DNA from: Sulfurimonas sp. | GTDB taxonomy: Bacteria; Campylobacterota; Campylobacteria; Campylobacterales; Sulfurimonadaceae | Direction: 5' to 3' | NCBI RefSeq assembly: GCF_018698455.1 | Contig: NZ_JABIOQ010000006.1 | Coordinates: 41,514-105,513, forward strand | DNA: 64,000 bases | Notes under the pieces: model-generated | Seen by the model: the letters and a program-made list of their open reading frames with translations, nothing else | Told to the model about the DNA's origin: nothing | Database searches by the model: none | Position numbers and translations under genes: made by a program | In this document: piece after piece, positions 38,205-46,175 of the stretch | Layout: the number at the start of each line of letters is the position of its first letter | Numbering within the stretch: the stretch's first letter is position 1

Positions 38205-39005
38205 TTGAAAAAATGGATTTATTTAGCAATAACCTTGGGTCTATTGTATTATATTTTTATTGTAAATATATTTGTTACGTTATGGGTTATAGCTTCTTTA
38301 TACCTAGCTATAAAATTATATAAGGTTTATTCTAGAAAGAAGTTAAACAAGTTGTCAAGTTCTAAAGAGTTGTTTAGAGAAAGTCAGTTAGGACTTTTTA
38401 TTGCACTTGTTGCAAAAGTTGCAAAAGCAGATGGAAGAGTTCATGAACTAGAAGCACAACTTGTAGGCATGATGCTTGATGATATCTCCAAAGTATTTGT
38501 AGATAAAGAAAAAACAAGAAACATTTTAAAAGAGATCTTCAATGAAGAAAAAGATAGAACTGACAATACAAAAGAGATAGCACAAGCCTTAAATCACTTG
38601 CTGGGTCGTAGTAGATTAAAACGCAGACAATTTGTAGGATTTTTAATACAACTCGCGTTTGTAGATAAGAAAATTAGCTCCGAGGAAGATAGGATTTTAA
38701 GAGAAATTCTCACTGAGTTAAATATCTCAGCTGATGAATACACCTCAATGTTGCATAAATTCCAAAGCACTAGCAAAAATAAGCAGCAAACTATGAGTCC
38801 CCAAGAAGCCTGTAAAGTTTTAGGTGTAAATGAAGGCGATGATTTAAGCACCATTAAAAAGACTTATAGAAAACTTGTACGAGAGTATCATCCAGATATC
38901 ATAAAATCACAAAATAAAGATGAAGCATATATAGAAAAAGCAACAGCTAAAACGCAGGAAATAAACCAAGCGTATCAGCTTTTAAAAGAGCTCAAAAAGC
39001 ACTAA
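38205..39005 (+). CDS. djlA: DjlA-like membrane co-chaperone (TM segment, TerB-like domain, C-terminal J domain)
   Basis: N-terminal TM helices, repeated KADGRV/VDKKIS TerB-like segments, and a J domain with YRKLVREYHPD. Apparent TTG start at 38205. Confidence 0.7.
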   Translation: MKKWIYLAITLGLLYYIFIVNIFVTLWVIASLYLAIKLYKVYSRKKLNKLSSSKELFRESQLGLFIALVAKVAKADGRVHELEAQLVGMMLDDISKVFVDKEKTRNILKEIFNEEKDRTDNTKEIAQALNHLLGRSRLKRRQFVGFLIQLAFVDKKISSEEDRILREILTELNISADEYTSMLHKFQSTSKNKQQTMSPQEACKVLGVNEGDDLSTIKKTYRKLVREYHPDIIKSQNKDEAYIEKATAKTQEINQAYQLLKELKKH

Positions 39006-39015
39006 AAACCTTTAC

Positions 39016-39384
39016 TTATTTGGTGTTGTCAAACTGATAGACAACACCTTTTTCATAGTCACCAACTAAGGTAGTAAAACATTCTGCTATCTCTTTCATA
39101 ATCTCAATATTTGGCTCAATATAAATCTTATTTTTACTTTTTGTCATTGTAATAATTTTTGCATCTCTCATTTCTTTTAAATGTCTCGATATAGTAGGCA
39201 AAGCAAAATCAAACTGTTCTGCAATACTTGATACACAAGTAGCCTGTGCAATCAGGTCGTCCTTTGGTTGGGCATCATCAACAGAACAAGCATAACCACC
39301 AGTAAAGATACTCTTAAAAATTTTAAACCTTGTCTCATTACCTAGTGCTTTGAAAATTTTTATTTTATCATCCATGCCTAACAT
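39016..39384 (-). CDS. ArsR/SmtB-family transcriptional regulator with two candidate sensing cysteines
   Basis: Winged-helix core ALGNETRFKIF...LPTISRHLKEMRDAKII. Cys residues in GGYACSVDD and ATCVSSI flank an insertion where classical ArsR carries CVC. Divergent from the 39535 operon. Confidence 0.8.
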   Translation of the reverse strand: MLGMDDKIKIFKALGNETRFKIFKSIFTGGYACSVDDAQPKDDLIAQATCVSSIAEQFDFALPTISRHLKEMRDAKIITMTKSKNKIYIEPNIEIMKEIAECFTTLVGDYEKGVVYQFDNTK

Positions 39385-39439
39385 TATTCACCTCTATTTC
39401 AAATTTAACAATTTTTAAAAGTATAGCTAAAAGAATTCT

Positions 39440-39520
39440 ATTTAGCAATTTAGACAATTAACTTTATATTAAGAAATATATCTGTAAACTTTTGAAATCA
39501 ATTTAGCAATTTAGCTAAAT
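39440..39520. promoter_or_regulatory. repeated ATTTAGCAATTTAG motif; the second copy extends into a 12-bp palindrome (candidate operator)
   Basis: ATTTAGCAATTTAG at 39440-39453 and 39501-39514. The second runs into ATTTAGCTAAAT (39509-39520), 14 nt upstream of the ATG at 39535, between the divergent regulator and its target genes. Confidence 0.45.
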
Positions 39521-39534
39521 ATAAAAGGAATTTT

Positions 39535-40422
39535 ATGAAAAATATTATCACAGTTATTGGTGCAACTATTGCAGCCTCTTTATGTTGTGTCACTCCAGTT
39601 CTAGCTGTTCTAGCAGGTTCAAGTTCTCTTGCTTCTTCTTTCTCTTGGTTAGCACCTTATCATAATTATTTAGTAGTTTTTACTATACTTGTACTTGTTT
39701 ATGCATGGTATGATAAGTTAAAACGAAGTAAGGCATTGGATTGTGCCTGCGATGAATCTAGTTTCTTTGCGGGTAAAACTTTTTTAGCAATGGTTACAGT
39801 TTTTGTAGTAGTAATGTTAAGTTTTCCTCAATGGGGTAACAAGGTGTTTTCTTCCGCTCCAACTGCCCAGAGCTGTGCAATAGGGGCATGTGATACTAAT
39901 ATAACAGAGAAACCAGTAACACAAACTGTTAATATTGATGATTTACCTGTTTTAAAGTACATGAGTGATGAAGAAGAAAACCCTACAGCTTGCGGTCAAG
40001 TAGCATGTGCTGGAACAGGTTATAGCGCCTTAGATGACATGATGGCACAGGCAAGAAGAGATGTACAAGAGATGTCCCCTGCAGTCCTTAAAAAAATGAT
40101 AGATAATGAAGATGCGTTTATTTTACTTGATGTAAGAGAAGTTATCCAGCATGCAGAAGGTGAGATTTATGCTGATGAGATGCTTGCAATCCCTCGTACA
40201 AACCTAGAGTTTGAGATACTAAACGCAGTAAAAGATAGAGCAATGCCAATAGTACTTTATAGTCGTATGGGAGCGAGAAGTTTATTTGCAGCACAATCCC
40301 TACAAAAACTAGGATACACTCATGTTTATAACCTGAGTGCTGGTCTTAAGGGCTGGGTAAGAGCTCAGTACCCTTATGATAATGGTCTAGGAACTGTACT
40401 TAAAGTAGTGGATGCACAGTAA
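39535..40422 (+). CDS. MerT-like three-TM thiol transporter fused to a Cys-rich linker and a rhodanese-homology domain lacking the catalytic Cys
   Basis: TM1 carries the vicinal pair SLCCVTP. DCACDE lies between TM2 and TM3, as in MerT. Linker motifs CAIGAC and CGQVAC. The rhodanese loop reads VLYSRMGARS where CRxGxRS is expected. Confidence 0.6.
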   Translation: MKNIITVIGATIAASLCCVTPVLAVLAGSSSLASSFSWLAPYHNYLVVFTILVLVYAWYDKLKRSKALDCACDESSFFAGKTFLAMVTVFVVVMLSFPQWGNKVFSSAPTAQSCAIGACDTNITEKPVTQTVNIDDLPVLKYMSDEEENPTACGQVACAGTGYSALDDMMAQARRDVQEMSPAVLKKMIDNEDAFILLDVREVIQHAEGEIYADEMLAIPRTNLEFEILNAVKDRAMPIVLYSRMGARSLFAAQSLQKLGYTHVYNLSAGLKGWVRAQYPYDNGLGTVLKVVDAQ

Positions 40423-41105
40423 TGTCTGATAACACTCAGATAATAGAAAAAACAACGAGGGACACTACATTTAAAGCTACAAAAATTCCATCAGATAGCT
40501 TACGAGAAAAACATTGGGAAAATGTTTTTCAAACAAAAGATTATACTCAAGTACTATGGCATCAAAATGTGCCTTCTAAATCTTTATCTCTTATAGAACA
40601 CTACTCAAACCAGGGAGATTCTATCATTGATGTAGGTTGTGGAGCATCGTTTCTAGTAGATAGTTTAATATCACAAGGCTATAAAGATATAACTCTACTT
40701 GACACTTCTAAAACATCTTTAGATATAGTCAAAACAAGGTTAAATGCCAACTCTAAGCTCCCCAAATATATCTGCTCAGATATTCTTGGTTTAAAAGAAA
40801 TAGCAAAGTATAATATATGGCACGATAGGGCCCTCTTCCACTTTTTACTGCTCCAAAAAGAGCGAAAAAAATATTTTGAAGTTTTAAGTAAAGCACTTAT
40901 TTCTGGTGGTATCGCAATAATTAATACTTTTTCAATTGATTCTCAAACTCAATGTGCAGGACTTCCAATAGTTCAATATGATGAGGAAAGAATGCTTGAG
41001 GCATTACCATCTGACTTAACTTTGATTAAGACACATGCATTCACACATACTACACCAAAAAATACCGAGCAAAACTACAACTCTTTTATTATTATGAAAA
41101 AATAA
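40422..41105 (+). CDS. class I SAM-dependent methyltransferase
   Basis: Motif I IIDVGCGASFLVDSL followed by acidic LLDTS. 227 aa. The ATG overlaps the upstream stop (TAATG). Substrate not inferable. Confidence 0.75.
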   Translation: MSDNTQIIEKTTRDTTFKATKIPSDSLREKHWENVFQTKDYTQVLWHQNVPSKSLSLIEHYSNQGDSIIDVGCGASFLVDSLISQGYKDITLLDTSKTSLDIVKTRLNANSKLPKYICSDILGLKEIAKYNIWHDRALFHFLLLQKERKKYFEVLSKALISGGIAIINTFSIDSQTQCAGLPIVQYDEERMLEALPSDLTLIKTHAFTHTTPKNTEQNYNSFIIMKK

Positions 41106-41112
41106 AAGAGAA

Positions 41113-41148
41113 AAACTAATATATCAATATATATTGATATATTAGTTT
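41113..41148. promoter_or_regulatory. 36-bp perfect palindrome upstream of arsR (candidate operator and/or terminator)
   Basis: AAACTAATATATCAATAT|ATATTGATATATTAGTTT is a perfect inverted repeat. It begins 8 nt after the methyltransferase stop and ends 20 nt before the arsR ATG. Confidence 0.5.
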
Positions 41149-41168
41149 ACTTTAGATATACTCTAGAT

Positions 41169-41492
41169 ATGGACATATTTTTAAAAAGTGTATCAGCTTT
41201 AAATGATGAAACTCGAGTATTAATATTACGATTTTTAGATGAGTATGGGGAATCTTGTGTTTGTGATTTGCAAATTTCACTTGACATGATTCAGTCTCGA
41301 CTTTCTCGTCATCTTAAAATTTTAAAAGAAGCAGGATTTATAAGAGTAGAGAGAAAAGGAACTTGGGCATACTACTCTATACGAAGCCCATTAGACAAGT
41401 TTAGAAGTGAAGCATTAGCAGAGATTAAATATCTCGATATAGAGTTGCCTCAACTGAAAAAAGTATCTGATATTGGAGAGTGCAAAGTATGA
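41169..41492 (+). CDS. arsR: arsenic-responsive repressor ArsR
   Basis: 107 aa with the As(III)-binding ESCVCDL motif and HTH QSRLSRHLKILKEAG. Precedes arsC-arsP. Confidence 0.85.
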   Translation: MDIFLKSVSALNDETRVLILRFLDEYGESCVCDLQISLDMIQSRLSRHLKILKEAGFIRVERKGTWAYYSIRSPLDKFRSEALAEIKYLDIELPQLKKVSDIGECKV

Positions 41493-41893
41493 AAAAAAAT
41501 GTATTAATTTTATGTACTGGAAATAGTTGTCGTTCTATCATGGGAGAAGCACTCATAAACGCGAAGCTAAGTGATTGTGTATTTGCTCAAAGTTCAGGAG
41601 TAAAAGCCAGTGGAACTGTAAACCCAAGGGCACAAGCATTATTAGAAAAAAAAGGTTATTGGAGAGATGAATATCACTCCAAAGTAATCCAGACGGTTTT
41701 AGATACTGCGTTTGATTTAATCATCACCGTGTGTGAGCATGCAAAAGAAACTTGTCCTATATTTCCTAAGGCCGTAAAAACAATTCATCTAGGCTTTGAT
41801 GATCCAAGTGGTAAAGCCGAAGAAGAGTATGCTAAAACACTCAATTTAATTGAACAAGAGTTACTAGCAGTTGTTCAAAAGGAGCTTTGCTAA
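41480..41893 (+). CDS. arsC: arsenate reductase, LMW-PTPase (thioredoxin-coupled) type
   Basis: P-loop CTGNSCRS and downstream Cys residues (TVCEHAKETC). 137 aa. Overlaps arsR by 13 nt. Confidence 0.9.
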   Translation: MQSMKKNVLILCTGNSCRSIMGEALINAKLSDCVFAQSSGVKASGTVNPRAQALLEKKGYWRDEYHSKVIQTVLDTAFDLIITVCEHAKETCPIFPKAVKTIHLGFDDPSGKAEEEYAKTLNLIEQELLAVVQKELC

Positions 41894-42838
41894 ATGTGGC
41901 ATGAACTCTCACGAGAATTTATTTATAACTTTGTAGGTTTAGAAGGGAAACTAGCAGATGCTTCTCACTTTTTTATCTATGACACTATAAAGATTTGGTT
42001 CTTACTTATCAGCATTATATTTGCTGTTTCTTTTTTAAGAACTTGGGTTAACACAGAATATGTTCGTGCTCACTTACAAGGAAAATCCTCAATGTATGGA
42101 CATGTTGGTGCATCCCTTTTTGGAATAGTTACACCATTTTGCTCATGCTCCGCCATACCTCTATTCTTAGGATTTATTCAAGCACGAATTCCTATTGGAG
42201 TTACCTTTAGCTACTTAATTTCTGCACCTATGAACAACGAAATCGCAATCGCTATGCTGTTTGGCATCTTTGGATGGAAAGTGACTTCAATCTATATAGT
42301 TTTTGGTTTGAGTGTTGCCATATTTGGTGGTTGGCTCATAGGAAAATTAAACCTTGAAAAAGAGATCTTAATGGATGTCAAACCAATGGAGCAAAATCTT
42401 GAAGCTAGTTTAGTAATGTTGTCAGTTAAAGAGAGAGCTAACGAAGCTTGGGACTATACACTAGACATTTTCAAAAAAATATATATCTATGTCATGGTTG
42501 GTGTTGGTGTTGGTGCATGGATACATGGCTATATTCCAACTGATTTTATCGTGCAGTATACGGGAGAGGGCAATCCCTTTGCAGTTATATTTGCTGTACT
42601 TATGGGAATCCCTATGTACTCAAACGCAGCTGGCGTTATGCCGCTTGTCGAAGTACTTACAAGCAAAGGAATGTTACTTGGAACCGCACTAAGTTTTATG
42701 ATGGCTGTTACTGCTCTGAGTCTACCCGAAGCACTTATACTCAAAAAGATTATTTCATTCAAACTTATAGGCATATTTTTTGGAATTGTAGGTAGTGGAA
42801 TTATCGCTATTGGGTATCTATTTAATTTAATTTTATAA
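41894..42838 (+). CDS. arsP: ArsP-like permease (putative organoarsenical efflux permease)
   Basis: 314-aa polytopic protein with TPFCSCSAIPLF. Size and position after arsC match Campylobacter ArsP. Confidence 0.7.
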   Translation: MWHELSREFIYNFVGLEGKLADASHFFIYDTIKIWFLLISIIFAVSFLRTWVNTEYVRAHLQGKSSMYGHVGASLFGIVTPFCSCSAIPLFLGFIQARIPIGVTFSYLISAPMNNEIAIAMLFGIFGWKVTSIYIVFGLSVAIFGGWLIGKLNLEKEILMDVKPMEQNLEASLVMLSVKERANEAWDYTLDIFKKIYIYVMVGVGVGAWIHGYIPTDFIVQYTGEGNPFAVIFAVLMGIPMYSNAAGVMPLVEVLTSKGMLLGTALSFMMAVTALSLPEALILKKIISFKLIGIFFGIVGSGIIAIGYLFNLIL

Positions 42839-42849
42839 GGAGTTTAAGA

Positions 42850-43761
42850 ATGTCAGAGCACCATCACCATCATCATGAAGTAAGTGGTAAAAACTTATTT
42901 TTAACAATCATTTTAAATATAATAATTACACTCTCACAAATAATAGGAGGTATCCTATCGGGTTCACTTGCTCTCTTAAGTGATGCCTTACATAACTTTA
43001 GTGATGTACTTGCACTTGTACTAGCATACTGGTCCAATCAAGTTGCGAAAAAAGACCCTACTGCTTCGAAAACATTTGGTTATAAACATGCAGAAATATT
43101 AGCAACTCTTTTTAATGCCACAACTCTTATAGGTATAGCAATTTATCTCATTATTGAATCACTCAGCAAATTGTTTAATCCACATAGTGTTGACTCTACT
43201 TTAGTCATTGGATTAGGGGTTCTTAGCATTGTACTTAATGCTCTGAGTGTCTTACTTGTTAAAGGTGATGCCGACAAAAGTATAAATATAAAAGCGGCAT
43301 ACCTGCACCTTCTCACTGATGTTATGACATCAGTAGCTCTTGTTATAGGCGGCTTACTAATGTACTACTTCAATATTTTTTGCATAGACCCTATAATCTC
43401 ACTTCTTATAGCGTTTTATTTAATCAAAGCATCGTATTCCTTGCTCATAGAATCTATAAACATTTTAATGCAAGGGACACCCTCGGACATAGATATCCAG
43501 AGTATTAAAGAAAATGTAGAAAATTTTGAAGAGATTTTAAATATTCACCATTTACATGTTTGGAGACTCAATGATCACGAAATCCATATGCAAGCACATA
43601 TAGATTTTAAAGAAAACCTCACACTTAGTAAAGCAAACGCGGTGTGTACAAAAATCCAAGAGAAGATACAAGATTTATATGGGATATCATACATTATTCT
43701 ACAATCTGAGTATGCTCAGAATCATTCAAAAGATTTAATTCATAATCAAAAAGCCATATGA
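42850..43761 (+). CDS. czcD: cation diffusion facilitator (CzcD/ZitB-like) metal exporter with a natural N-terminal His6
   Basis: MSEHHHHHHE N-terminus. CDF motifs LLSDALHNFSD and HLLTDV. Six TM segments and a C-terminal cytoplasmic domain (HHLHVWRL). Confidence 0.85.
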   Translation: MSEHHHHHHEVSGKNLFLTIILNIIITLSQIIGGILSGSLALLSDALHNFSDVLALVLAYWSNQVAKKDPTASKTFGYKHAEILATLFNATTLIGIAIYLIIESLSKLFNPHSVDSTLVIGLGVLSIVLNALSVLLVKGDADKSINIKAAYLHLLTDVMTSVALVIGGLLMYYFNIFCIDPIISLLIAFYLIKASYSLLIESINILMQGTPSDIDIQSIKENVENFEEILNIHHLHVWRLNDHEIHMQAHIDFKENLTLSKANAVCTKIQEKIQDLYGISYIILQSEYAQNHSKDLIHNQKAI

Positions 43762-43816
43762 TGATTTTCCATCAACCAAATAATGATATAATACCAAGTA
43801 AAAAGGAGATTATTAA

Positions 43817-44074
43817 ATGCAAACAATACAAATTAATAACCCTGAAATAGAAAATTTTATATCTTCTCAATATGGCAATAATACTCAAGATTTACTAAGT
43901 GATTTTGTAAAATTTGTTAAATTATCATTGGATGATGGTTATCCCACAATTTCTAAAGATGAAGCAAGAAAAAGAGTAACACAAGCAGTTGAAGAAGTGA
44001 GAAATGGTGAAGCAGTACTTTTAACCCAAGAAGAGTATGACAAAGAAATGAATGAGTTTATGAAGTCATTGTAA
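43817..44074 (+). CDS. putative type II antitoxin
   Basis: 85-aa acidic protein. Its stop is directly followed by the ATG of a ParE/RelE-like ORF (TAAATG). Family not recognised. Confidence 0.5.
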   Translation: MQTIQINNPEIENFISSQYGNNTQDLLSDFVKFVKLSLDDGYPTISKDEARKRVTQAVEEVRNGEAVLLTQEEYDKEMNEFMKSL

Positions 44075-44353
44075 ATGCTTGTAATTAGAAAAAGAGAATA
44101 TTTAACAGCACTAAAAGTTATATTGTCATTTATTTCAAAAGATAGTAGGAATAGAGCATTAAGCTTTAAAAGCCAACTTGATAATAAAATAAATAACTTA
44201 GTTAATTTTCCATATAAGTTTAAGCAATCAATAAACCATAATGATGAAAGTGTTAGAGACATGATTTTTAAAGGTTACACAATAACATATCTTATTGAGA
44301 ATGATAAAGATAGAATTTCGGTACTTGATATTTATAAGTGGATAGATAAATAA
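44075..44353 (+). CDS. RelE/ParE-family type II toxin
   Basis: 92 aa. Basic N-terminus, FPYKFK...RDMIFKGYTITYLIENDKDRISVLDIY pattern as in ParE/RelE plasmid-stabilisation toxins. Two-gene small-ORF architecture. Confidence 0.6.
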   Translation: MLVIRKREYLTALKVILSFISKDSRNRALSFKSQLDNKINNLVNFPYKFKQSINHNDESVRDMIFKGYTITYLIENDKDRISVLDIYKWIDK

Positions 44354-44618
44354 CTTTACCTTTCGTGAAGAACTAAAAAAATTAAATAGGGTTACACTAG
44401 AAATCTTCATTTTAAAAATAACTGCAATTTCCACATAATTTAACTAACTGATATTCAAATGAAATTTTCTTACTTTCAGGTTTGTATCTTCCGTATTTGA
44501 AAATTCATGAATGTATATAAAGTATATATGTAAGTACCTTTAGTTCCTTAAGTAAAATTTTAGCATAAATTTTATATGCTTGTTTTATGAAAAAAAGTAT
44601 TATAAGTAAAAAGGATAT

Positions 44619-46172
44619 ATGATGCAGATGAAAACAATGGCAATAGCCCTAAGTAGTTTATTATTTATTGGTTGTGGTGGAGAGGGTACTTCCAATTCAA
44701 CTACTACTGATTCAAATGTCACAGTAGATACGAATGTAACAGTGAGTGATGCTATTTTCCCCAAAGGTTTTGAGTTAACTTCTCTAAGTGTTCCTACACA
44801 AAATGCACTTCCACAAGCAGCTCCTACATTTAAGGCTGATCCTCTTCCAGAACTTTCAAGAATAGACAAAATTTTAAATGGTACTTTGCCACTTACTAAT
44901 GTCTTTACACCTAATTTACTGTTTGCAACTTCCATAGATGCACAATGTTATGGTCCAAATTTACTCTACAAAAATAATCCAGATGTTAACACAACAAATA
45001 GTGGGGAACTTCCAAGTGGCGACTTAGGGATTTGGACATTAAATGAGGGAAATACTACACAGGCTTGTACAGCTGCACAGCTTGATGCTCGAATGAAAGG
45101 GGTAAAAGAACGCTCACTTGCAGGCTTGTTTTTACTTGCAGGTTCTTTAGACAGTATGTACGATGCAAATCTTAGTATCCCCTCTGTTGGTGCAGGCGTT
45201 TTAGATTTGACATCTTCTATGCCAACTGTACCCGATGTCTCATTTACAAGTGTTAGTTTGGAGCAAAATGCAACAGATGAGTATATTTATAAAATAGAAT
45301 TTACATATACACGTTCTGCCGTAGACTATGATGTTAAATTTCAAACTGTACATAAGGGAACTTCTACTGGAGATGTGTATAAAGGACTTATGAGTTATGA
45401 GATAGAAGATACTATGAATGGTGGAAATTGTGGTACGGGTAGTAATGACATAACAAGAAAGGGGAGTCTACTTTATGAAAGAACATCACAAGATGACTTT
45501 AAGGTAGATGCAAGAGAAGCTGATTTTTGTTCGCATAGTTTTGCAGGCGGATTTGATGTAAATAAAATTTTAAACGCTAGTGATACTTATAACGTAACAA
45601 CAAACCCAGATGGATGGGGAAATAACTATAACCGTTTTATAGCTAATTATAAAAAGAGTAACAAGTCTGGTCAATACTCTTATGTATGGCAAGCAGGGCC
45701 ACAAGATAGCCATAGTAGAGTTTTACAAATAGATTTAAATAACCATACTCCAGTAGATGGTGAATCGTACTTTGGTTATGGTGCTCAAGTCTTCGATACA
45801 AATGCTACATTTGGTGAGAATTTAGGTCTTATTTGTAATTGGGCTGGACCAGGTGCGCAACATTCACCTACTTTTTATGGGCAAAGACAGTTTTTAACTT
45901 TTAACACAACAAATAAGTTTTTTGAAACTCCTTTAGGGGGTTCAGATATAACATATGCACCTACAAACTCATGTAAATATGATGGAAGTGCAAGTTTTAC
46001 TTACGATAGAGACTTAAGTGGTGCTATTGATAGTGCTGATATTTCTGTAGTAAAAGTGGGTGCTGTGAGTACTGAGTTAGAGTTTGATTTATTTGAAGGA
46101 AATTCAACTACACCTATTGCACAAAAAATACTAAGTAGAGGTGCAAACTTACCAGTAGAACCTACATGGTAA
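44619..46172 (+). CDS. lipoprotein of unknown function, very rich in D/E-X-N-X-S/T sequons
   Basis: Lipobox LLFIGC (Cys19). Ser/Thr/Asn/Gly-rich, with no TM segment after the signal. RBS AAAAGGA precedes ATGATG. No family recognised. Confidence 0.6.
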   Translation: MMQMKTMAIALSSLLFIGCGGEGTSNSTTTDSNVTVDTNVTVSDAIFPKGFELTSLSVPTQNALPQAAPTFKADPLPELSRIDKILNGTLPLTNVFTPNLLFATSIDAQCYGPNLLYKNNPDVNTTNSGELPSGDLGIWTLNEGNTTQACTAAQLDARMKGVKERSLAGLFLLAGSLDSMYDANLSIPSVGAGVLDLTSSMPTVPDVSFTSVSLEQNATDEYIYKIEFTYTRSAVDYDVKFQTVHKGTSTGDVYKGLMSYEIEDTMNGGNCGTGSNDITRKGSLLYERTSQDDFKVDAREADFCSHSFAGGFDVNKILNASDTYNVTTNPDGWGNNYNRFIANYKKSNKSGQYSYVWQAGPQDSHSRVLQIDLNNHTPVDGESYFGYGAQVFDTNATFGENLGLICNWAGPGAQHSPTFYGQRQFLTFNTTNKFFETPLGGSDITYAPTNSCKYDGSASFTYDRDLSGAIDSADISVVKVGAVSTELEFDLFEGNSTTPIAQKILSRGANLPVEPTW

Positions 46173-46175
46173 GAG

